30,735 nucleotides of DNA from IMG/VR virus record IMGVR_UViG_3300010366_000042, positions 1 to 30,735 of that record; one strand, written 5' to 3'. The DNA is from a virus (taxonomy: Duplodnaviria > Caudoviricetes). The position numbers were made by a program, and so were the translations under genes. Numbering within the stretch: position 1 is the first letter of the stretch; every line of letters starts with the position of its first letter. The notes below the pieces were generated by a model. It did no database searches. It saw only the letters and a program-made list of their open reading frames with translations, and was not told the origin of the DNA. This document shows, one piece after another, positions 23,372-30,735 of the stretch.

Positions 23372-26300
23372 GTGAGCATGCTGCCCGACGTCGATCAGGA
23401 CAGCTGGGACCAGCATCAGAACGACCAGTTCATGGCCAATGCTGATCACCAGATCAGCATGCTCGACTACGACCATCAGACCAATAGCGCCATCGCCGAC
23501 CTGGGCAGGATGGCCGCGCTCGCGCAGGCGCCCACACCGTCGGACAGCCTGACCAATCCAATTGGCACGGGCAACGCTCAGCCGGCGGAGCAGCCCGAGC
23601 CGGCTCAGGAAGCGGCCCCCGCGGCGGTAGCATCCGACCAGCCGGCGGCGACACCTGTTCAGACGACTGCCCCAATCATCTCGTCGTCTGTGCAGCCTTC
23701 CCCATCACCGTCGCCGCCGGCTCCGCCGCCCGATCAATCGCAGGACACTGGTGGATTGGGCGGGTTGCTGAACTCGGTCATGGCCGCCGGTGGCGACGCT
23801 GCCCACTTCGCCGACCAGGTGCGTTCGGGTACCGGCGACGCTATGACCGCGGCGATGAACGCGGTAGTGAAGGGCGGCGGCGACCTCGAGCAGTTCGTCG
23901 GCAGCCTGGGCGGAAGTCAGCATGCGCCAACCACGGTGAACGCGCCGCCGGCGGTGGCGGGCGGGCCACTGCAGGACTACGCGCGCGGCGCGGCGCAGCG
24001 CGCGGGCATCGACCCGGACATCTTCGTCCGCCAGATCCAGCAGGAGAGCGGCTTCAATCCTGGCGCGCGCAGCCCGGCCGGCGCCACGGGTGTCGCACAG
24101 TTCATGCCCGGTACGGCGCAGGGCATGGGCATCGACCCGACCGATCCGTACGCCAGCCTGGACGCGGCCGCGCAGCTGGACGCGGGCAACCTGAAGCGCT
24201 ACGGCGGCGACTGGTCGAAGGTGCTCGCGGCGTACAACGCGGGTCCGGGCAACGTCGAGAAGTACGGTGGTGTGCCGCCGTTCGCCGAGACGCAGCGCTA
24301 CGTCAACACCATCCTGGGCAATCAGCCGACCCCGTCGGATGCACTGACCAATCCACTCGGGACGGGCAACGCGGCGACTTCGACGCGCGACATCAGCCAG
24401 TTCGGCAACCCCCAACTGACGAATGACGAGGCATACGCTGCATGTGGCCCAGCTGCCGCTGTCCGATTTGCGCAAAGATTCGGCAGGAATCCAACGCTCC
24501 GGGAAGCCGTGGATCTGGCGGCGACAGTCGGCTGGACGAGTGCCAACGGCATGGCTGGGCTGGGGTCGGAAAAAGCGCTCATGGACAAGATGGGCGTGCC
24601 GACGAAGCTGGTCAGCGGCGCGGACTGGGGGACGTTCGCCAACGAGGCGATGACCGGTAACCCAGTCACCATCAGCACACAGGGGCACTACTTCACTGCC
24701 GATGGCTACGACCCGGCGACGAACAGGTTTCACGTCGGACGCTCGGGCATGGATCTGCGCAATGGCTCGGAGTGGATGACGCCCGAGCAGATGACCGCGG
24801 TCATGGGGCCGGTGCAGGGCGGGCTGCTCGCCGACAACCCGCAGGTCGCGGCGCCGAGCGTGGCCGATCAGGACACCAATCCTGGCGGCTGGCTGGACCG
24901 TTCGCAGGCGGCGATGGCGAGTTCGTTCAATCCGCCCGCTGACACACAACAGATGTCGCGCGCGCGCGCGCGAGGGGTGAGCGCGATCGCGCCGGACGAC
25001 GGCATGACGATGTCGGCCGCGAGCGTTGGCACGCCGTCGCCGATCGACCAGGCGATCGACGCCGTCGGCAACACCGCGCAGGACCTGGGCCAGCCGGTGC
25101 GCGACGTGATGGGTGGTCAGCAGCAGACGCAGGACCAGTCAGCGCAGCCACAGGGTGTCTGGGACAAGATCGGCTCCGGGATCGCGGACGTGTTCAAGAG
25201 CGCCTTCGGTGGTGGTGACAACACAATGACGCCGTCCATGCAGCCGACACCGTCGGAGAGTCTGACCAACCCGGCAGGCACGCGCTACCAGCAGCAGCCG
25301 ACCGAGCCGCAGCCATCCGAGCCGGGATTACCGGTCAGGAGTCTCGAGCCGACAGTGGATGCAAACCAGCCGCCGACGCTTTCGCAGGCGATTCGTCAGG
25401 GCTACGACGACGCGATGCAGACGCCGGTTGGCTCTGCCGCGGGCGCCACGGCCGCGGCACTCTTCGAGCCGGGCCGCGCGCTCAAGGATCTGCAACAGGT
25501 CGGGCCGGCGCTCGGAGTGCCGCAGGGCGCCGACCTGTCCGCGGTGGGCGACTACCTGTTGGCTGGCAAGGGGCCGATTCAAGATGCCAAGGAGCGAGCT
25601 GCCGCCGGTCTCGAGAACCTGGCGCAGGGTATCTCAGATGCTGGGGTACCGGTGCTGTCGGGCGCAGGTGCGCTCGCTACGCGCTTCGCCGAGGACGTGG
25701 TCAAGAGCAAGCCGATGGCAGTCGAGTGGACCGAGGGGCAGAAGACGCTGAACGACCTCGCGGCCAAGTACGGTGGCGACCCCAAGTTGGGCGCCTATGA
25801 CCCGAACCTCGTGGACCGCATGTCGGACGAGGACCGCGCACTCTACGACCAGACGCTGAACAACATGACCATGATGGTCGGCGGCATGGTCGGCGGCGTG
25901 GGCGGACATGGCCCCGGCGGCGCCGCTCGCCCCACGCCCGGTGACTCGGCTAACGCCGCGGTGCGCGCGGTCGATGCGTCGCTCGGCGCGGTCCCGCCCG
26001 GCGCAGGCCCGCAAGGCAATCCTTTCCAGCGTTTCGTGCGCGCGTGGACGAACCGCAACGAAGCCGCCGATCGCTTCCAGCAGGGCTCGCTGCGTGACGC
26101 GGGGCTCACCGACCAGGAGCTCCTGAATCCAGACGAGGCGTACGACCTGTCGTCGCGGCTGCGGACGCTCGACGGTGGCTCGGCCGCTTCGCAGACGATC
26201 GAGAATCTGCTCAAGCCAGCCATCCGCGCCGCGGGCGACGACGTCGATTGGTTGCAGAACGTGCTGACACACCAGAACAACGTCGAGGTCGCCGACGAGA

Positions 26301-28885
26301 TCGGCCGCCGCGTGCAGGCAGAGATGGCGGATATCCCGGTCGATCCGGCGATTCGCGACGCGCTGAACAACGCCAATACCAGCCTGCGGATGCGCCAGCA
26401 CGCGCTCGACATGGAACTCAACGCATCGGTGCCCGATTCCACCCGAGTGGCCGCGTTGCGGCGTCGTGTGTCCGCTGCTCAGACGGTGCTGAACCGTCGT
26501 CAGGCTGACTTCGACGCGGCGCAGCAGGACATCCTCAACAACGCCGCGCAGGGCGGCATCGACGCGCGTACCAACCGTCAGTTCTCGGGCGACCTGAACG
26601 TCGCCGATTCGGAGCAAGCGCTTGCGGATATGCCAGCCGAGATGGGGCCAGAACGCTGGAACCGCGTCCAGGGTGCGGCCAATCAGGTCTACAACTACGT
26701 CGATGCGCTCCGCCAGCGCATGCTCGAGAGCGGCCTGATCAACCAGGACACGTACGACCAGTGGTCGCATGACATGCCGCACTGGGTACCAACGAACATC
26801 CTCGACTACGTCGATGAGACGGTCGATAAGCCGCTATCAGGCAGCGGGCAGCGCATCAGCCTCGCCGACAACGGGGTGCGCCAGTACACCGTCGATGGCA
26901 CTCAGCGTTTCCGCGAGAACCCGCTCGGCGCGCTGTACGACCTCGCTCATCAGGTCGAGTCGAGAGCGCGCAAGAACGATGCGGTGAACGCGCTCGTCAA
27001 CCTGGACGAGCTCGCCGCGCCCGCCGATCGCGTGCTGCAACAGACGGATCGCCCCGCGCTGGGCAACGAGAATGTCATCTCGCGCATCAACGACGGCACT
27101 GTCGAGCGCTATATCGCGCCGTCCGACCTCGCCGCGGTGGTCAACGGTACGCAGATCGAGCGCGCACCGGGCTTCGTTCGCAACTGGACCAACTTTGTTC
27201 GCAACATGGCGACGATCAGTAGCCCGGTCTTTGCGCTGGTGCGTAATCCGTCGATGGACATCCCCGAGTACCTGACGCGCGAACTCGCGCGCGAGGGTGG
27301 CAATCCACTCGCCATCCCGCGCATTCTGGGTCAACTCGGCGCAGGTTACGCCGATGCGTTTCAGGGCTTCACCCACGGTGAGTTTCAGGGTCAGGGCGCG
27401 CAGCAGTACCGGCTCGGTGGCGGCGGCAGCGCGAGCAGCGTCGTGCGCTCGGTTGCCGATCGGCAGCGTGCAATCCAGGCGCTGCAGGAAGGCACTGGCA
27501 TCGAGGTCCAGTCGGCGAGCGATTTTGGTCGTATTGCACGCGACGTCGGCTCGCTGGTGCCGTCGATCGCCGAGCGCACGGAGATGGGTCCGCGCATCGC
27601 CAGCATGCGGCTCGCCGAGCAGCGCGGTGCGACGCCGCTGCGCGCGGTGATGAACGGTCGTACGGTGACGATCGACTTCAACGAGGGCGGCAACTTCGCC
27701 AAGACGATCAACCAGTTCGTACCCTTCTTTAATGTAGGGCTGCAGAGCACGGCGCAGATGGCGCGCATGTACCGCGAGAACCCGCGCGGCATGGTCGCGT
27801 CGATGATGATGCTCGCGGGAGCTCCCGCGGCTGCGGCCGAGGCGTGGAATCGTAGCGACCCACAGCGCAGCAAGGACTACGACGACGTGCCGCAGTACCT
27901 GAAGGATCAGGGCGTCGTGGTGATGCTGCCCGGCGACGCGCCCGTCGATAAGGACGGTAACCGCAAGCCAAACTTCTACTGGTTCAATACGCGCGGCGGC
28001 GCGCCGTTCAGCACCATGGCGCGCGAGGCGACGGACCGCGTGCTCTCGGCGTCAGGCAACGAGAACGCCAGGGTGACCAGCGCGAAGGATCTGCTGGGAC
28101 AACTGCTATCCGGTGCTTCACCCGTGCGCGCAAGCGCGGTGGGCGATCTGCCCGCCGCGCTGACCCCGGAACTCATTCCCGGGCTGAGCACAGGTACCCA
28201 GCTGGCGATGAACAAGGACGTCTTCCGCGGTCGCGACATCGTCTCCAAGCAGGCCGACGAGGACGCACCGCAGGCCGCGCGCGAAGTCGCCCACGGCCTC
28301 ACAGCGGCGGCGCGCCTCGTGAACCCGCAGTACGACATCCATCCATCGCAGGTGGACTTCGCCGTGCGCGACATGCTGGGTGGTGTCGGTACCACGGCGG
28401 AGGGCGCGCGTGAGTTGCCGTTCGTGCCTGGCGCTGAGCCGCAGCAGGGTAGCGAGCCGCAGAAGCTGCCCATCGCCGGTGGCATTCTGAAGGGAATCGG
28501 GTACCGCGGCGACACAGGCGAGGTCGGGCGCGAGGCGCGCGAGCAGTTGCTCACCGACTCGGCGCAGCGCTACTTGCAGTCGGAGGGCATCGAGTACGTG
28601 CCCTCCGCAGTGGGCGACAAGATCGAGGACCTGCCGCTGCTACGCAACGAGCAGGCGCAATATCAGCTCGCGGCCAACCGTTACGTCGATGACGCGATCC
28701 ACATCGTGCAGCAGCGCGGTCTGCTCGAAGGCAAGACGCAGGACGTGAAGACGGCGATCGTGCAGCAAGCGGTCGCCGAGGCGCACGACAAGGCAGCGGG
28801 CGAGGTGGTCAGGTCGATTCCGTACGCCCAGATGCGTCAGCGCGTCGAGGCGGCGATCGCCAAGCAGCAGGCTGGAACGCCCTAG
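23372..28885 (+). CDS. 1837-aa polyvalent internal virion protein: SLT transglycosylase, C39-like peptidase, LPD38-like C-terminus
   Basis: QESGFNP...GVAQFMPGTA...AYNAGPG...ETQRYV; ACGPAAA...GHYFTADGYD; TIDFNEGG...NQFVPFFNVGLQ...NKDVFRGRDIV. Confidence 0.85.
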   Translation: MSMLPDVDQDSWDQHQNDQFMANADHQISMLDYDHQTNSAIADLGRMAALAQAPTPSDSLTNPIGTGNAQPAEQPEPAQEAAPAAVASDQPAATPVQTTAPIISSSVQPSPSPSPPAPPPDQSQDTGGLGGLLNSVMAAGGDAAHFADQVRSGTGDAMTAAMNAVVKGGGDLEQFVGSLGGSQHAPTTVNAPPAVAGGPLQDYARGAAQRAGIDPDIFVRQIQQESGFNPGARSPAGATGVAQFMPGTAQGMGIDPTDPYASLDAAAQLDAGNLKRYGGDWSKVLAAYNAGPGNVEKYGGVPPFAETQRYVNTILGNQPTPSDALTNPLGTGNAATSTRDISQFGNPQLTNDEAYAACGPAAAVRFAQRFGRNPTLREAVDLAATVGWTSANGMAGLGSEKALMDKMGVPTKLVSGADWGTFANEAMTGNPVTISTQGHYFTADGYDPATNRFHVGRSGMDLRNGSEWMTPEQMTAVMGPVQGGLLADNPQVAAPSVADQDTNPGGWLDRSQAAMASSFNPPADTQQMSRARARGVSAIAPDDGMTMSAASVGTPSPIDQAIDAVGNTAQDLGQPVRDVMGGQQQTQDQSAQPQGVWDKIGSGIADVFKSAFGGGDNTMTPSMQPTPSESLTNPAGTRYQQQPTEPQPSEPGLPVRSLEPTVDANQPPTLSQAIRQGYDDAMQTPVGSAAGATAAALFEPGRALKDLQQVGPALGVPQGADLSAVGDYLLAGKGPIQDAKERAAAGLENLAQGISDAGVPVLSGAGALATRFAEDVVKSKPMAVEWTEGQKTLNDLAAKYGGDPKLGAYDPNLVDRMSDEDRALYDQTLNNMTMMVGGMVGGVGGHGPGGAARPTPGDSANAAVRAVDASLGAVPPGAGPQGNPFQRFVRAWTNRNEAADRFQQGSLRDAGLTDQELLNPDEAYDLSSRLRTLDGGSAASQTIENLLKPAIRAAGDDVDWLQNVLTHQNNVEVADEIGRRVQAEMADIPVDPAIRDALNNANTSLRMRQHALDMELNASVPDSTRVAALRRRVSAAQTVLNRRQADFDAAQQDILNNAAQGGIDARTNRQFSGDLNVADSEQALADMPAEMGPERWNRVQGAANQVYNYVDALRQRMLESGLINQDTYDQWSHDMPHWVPTNILDYVDETVDKPLSGSGQRISLADNGVRQYTVDGTQRFRENPLGALYDLAHQVESRARKNDAVNALVNLDELAAPADRVLQQTDRPALGNENVISRINDGTVERYIAPSDLAAVVNGTQIERAPGFVRNWTNFVRNMATISSPVFALVRNPSMDIPEYLTRELAREGGNPLAIPRILGQLGAGYADAFQGFTHGEFQGQGAQQYRLGGGGSASSVVRSVADRQRAIQALQEGTGIEVQSASDFGRIARDVGSLVPSIAERTEMGPRIASMRLAEQRGATPLRAVMNGRTVTIDFNEGGNFAKTINQFVPFFNVGLQSTAQMARMYRENPRGMVASMMMLAGAPAAAAEAWNRSDPQRSKDYDDVPQYLKDQGVVVMLPGDAPVDKDGNRKPNFYWFNTRGGAPFSTMAREATDRVLSASGNENARVTSAKDLLGQLLSGASPVRASAVGDLPAALTPELIPGLSTGTQLAMNKDVFRGRDIVSKQADEDAPQAAREVAHGLTAAARLVNPQYDIHPSQVDFAVRDMLGGVGTTAEGARELPFVPGAEPQQGSEPQKLPIAGGILKGIGYRGDTGEVGREAREQLLTDSAQRYLQSEGIEYVPSAVGDKIEDLPLLRNEQAQYQLAANRYVDDAIHIVQQRGLLEGKTQDVKTAIVQQAVAEAHDKAAGEVVRSIPYAQMRQRVEAAIAKQQAGTP

Positions 28886-29061
28886 TGGCCTCGTATGGCG
28901 GCGATCATGCCGAGCAGCAGGAACAGCAGGAATGGGGCGCCCAGGATGACGAAGAGCGTCTTGCCGGTTTCGGTCGTGCTCTGGCTGGTGACGTACAGGC
29001 CAATTCCCCAGAAGGACAGTACGGTCAGCGTCAGCCACGTAGGTATCGGGGGTATTTTCAT
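28882..29061 (-). CDS. Two-TM membrane protein (59 aa) antisense within the virion operon
   Basis: CAACCG-ATG start; two hydrophobic helices; fills the gap between two + strand genes; TATGCT upstream could be a -10. Confidence 0.7.
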   Translation of the reverse strand: MKIPPIPTWLTLTVLSFWGIGLYVTSQSTTETGKTLFVILGAPFLLFLLLGMIAAIRGH

Positions 29062-29087
29062 CGGTTGGTGCAGGGAGCATAACTGAG

Positions 29088-30735
29088 ATGCCGCAACCAG
29101 ACGAAGATCTGAAGACACAAGCTGGCTTCGACGCGTTTACCGCGCGCCACGGTGGGCTCGTGGGCACCAGCAAGATGAGCCCGGACACTGAGGGTGGCAA
29201 GCTCACCGGCGCGATCGTTCAGAATCCCGTCTACCACTACGAGTTTGGCGACGGTTCGACGCTCGATGCGAGCTCACTCGGGCTGCCTGGTCTGGAAGTC
29301 AAGTCCATCACCGAGAAGCAGGCGAAGGCAACGCCCGAACAGCTTCAGCAAGTCACCGATCCGCGCACGGGCGAGGTCATCGCGCTCACCGGTCCAGGTA
29401 CCACGATCAACCTGCCCAAGCTGCCCGCTGGGTATTCGGGTGCGTTCTGGCGGAAGAACTCGGATGGCACCGAAACCCGCATGGCCACGAACGCGGCCAG
29501 CGGCAATATCGAGGAGGTACCGGGTCCTGACGGCAACCCGATCACTCAGCCTGGAGCTGCGGGTACCGCGCCGCCGGGGTGGAAGAATACCGATTGGGTC
29601 GAGAAGCCGGACGGGACGAAAGAACTCTGGGGCTTCGATCCGTCCGGCAACTACGCGAAAGTGCCGGGTGCGCCAACGCAGGCCGGCACGCCGAAGAAGC
29701 CGACCGCTCCTACCTTTATAGAGGTCAAGGGCAACAAGTACCCGGTTATTCCCGACGACTCGGCGCAGGGCTACCACCTGGGCGACCCGGTCGCTGGCGG
29801 GGCTAGCCACGATTCGGGTTACTTCGTCGAGAACGGGTACAAGGTCTACAAGAACTACAACGAGGGCACCGGGCAGTACGAGGTCGATCCGACCATTCCG
29901 CCAGAGGCGTGGAGTCCGGCGGCCAAAGCGACAGAAGCAAAGACCGCGTCGCAGCCCAAGGAAGGCGACACTCGCACCAACATCGAGGGTGGCTACAACG
30001 TCACCCAGACATACAAGGGTGGCGACTGGACTACTACATCTATAGGTAACCGCGCGCAGCCGATGACGCCGGCCACGCTCCAGGCGCCGACTGACCAGCC
30101 GTTCATCGTCCGCACCGACGAGACTGGCCAGCCGCAGACCATCGCCAACCCGAACTACCAGCCCAAGGCGGCTACCTCGAGGGCGGAGATCGCGCAGCGC
30201 GCGGCCAATCTCCAGCAGCAGGCGACGGCGATGCGCGACAAGATCGCCCAGGACGTGACCGTCCCGGCCGACCAGAAGGCGCAGCGCTTCAACGACTGGT
30301 GGGCGCAGAACATCGCCCCGCAGAAGCAAGCGCTCGAGGCCGGCTACGCGGACGTGGCCAGGGCGGAAGCGCAGGATCAGGCGAAGCAGCAGCGCGAAGC
30401 GCTCACCACCGCGCAGACCACCGGTCAGAACGTGGTCGAGGCGTACGCCAAGACGCTGCCGTACCGTGTCGGGCCGAACTTCGACAAGGTCATGGGCCAG
30501 CTCTCCCAGGCGTGGGCGACGGGCAAGATGCCCGGCAACCTGGACATGACGGGCGCCTTCACGTACCAGCTGCCGGATACCCAACAGATGTACCAGGACG
30601 CAGTGGCGCAGACGCTGAAGAGCATCTCGCCACAGGCGGCCGCGATGACCGGCAACGCGCCGCCGAGCTTCGACCTGAACAACATGCTCAACATGGGCGC
30701 GTACAACTTCGGCGGACCTCCTGCTCCCACCGCGG
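29088..30735 (+). CDS. Large virion/ejection-type protein, truncated at the window end (MPQPDEDLKTQAGFDAF...)
   Basis: Absent from the ORF track because it has no stop in the window. GGGAG RBS at 29073-29077; I translated it by hand to about 30260 without a stop and the frame appears open to the end. Confidence 0.85.
   Translation, partial: MPQPDEDLKTQAGFDAFTARHGGLVGTSKMSPDTEGGKLTGAIVQNPVYHYEFGDGSTLDASSLGLPGLEVKSITEKQAKATPEQLQQVTDPRTGEVIALTGPGTTINLPKLPAGYSGAFWRKNSDGTETRMATNAASGNIEEVPGPDGNPITQPGAAGTAPPGWKNTDWVEKPDGTKELWGFDPSGNYAKVPGAPTQAGTPKKPTAPTFIEVKGNKYPVIPDDSAQGYHLGDPVAGGASHDSGYFVENGYKVYKNYNEGTGQYEVDPTIPPEAWSPAAKATEAKTASQPKEGDTRTNIEGGYNVTQTYKGGDWTTTSIGNRAQPMTPATLQAPTDQPFIVRTDETGQPQTIANPNYQPKAATSRAEIAQRAANLQQQATAMRDKIAQDVTVPADQKAQRFNDWWAQNIAPQKQALEAGYADVARAEAQDQAKQQREALTTAQTTGQNVVEAYAKTLPYRVGPNFDKVMGQLSQAWATGKMPGNLDMTGAFTYQLPDTQQMYQDAVAQTLKSISPQAAAMTGNAPPSFDLNNMLNMGAYNFGGPPAPTA

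Noticed and set aside
29274-30584. 436-aa minus ORF and similar long antisense ORFs (23705-24949, 25634-26782, 19385-20509, 7512-8372)
   Set aside because: They mirror well-supported + strand genes and have Arg/Val-rich shadow composition.
1-30735. tRNA, rRNA, reverse transcriptase/DGR, inteins, transposase
   Set aside because: No cloverleaf or T-loop in the intergenic gaps, no YxDD RT, no intein-sized insert in the helicase or TerL, and no IS ends were seen. This is inspection by eye only.

Overview
A high-GC temperate phage genome segment, apparently in the free, unintegrated form because a candidate attP is intact. From left to right: a minus-strand operon with a DUF5131 three-Cys (radical-SAM-like) gene; a divergent XRE/ribbon-helix-helix switch region; a plus-strand early/replication operon (Rpf-like transglycosylase, C5-MTase-like protein, VRR-NUC nuclease, Mom-like GNAT protein, Gp157, SSB-like protein, primase-helicase with an embedded iteron array, amino-MTase); a minus-strand block with a large serine integrase, a second XRE protein, several accessory genes and a GP88-type radical-SAM-like gene; then terS, terL, a probable portal and podovirus-style internal virion proteins, including an 1837-aa SLT + C39-like peptidase + LPD38-like protein and a large ORF running off the right end. 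The main unexplained signal is the 9-mer CAACCG-ATG at 8 minus-strand start codons, one of them a 5-codon mini-ORF directly upstream of the integrase. Other notable signals are a duplicated promoter cassette with an operator and 11-bp phased repeats, an attP-like site inside the integrase 3' end, and a switchable RNA structure over an RBS. All family calls come from motif recognition by eye, not database searches. No rRNA, tRNA or CRISPR array was seen.
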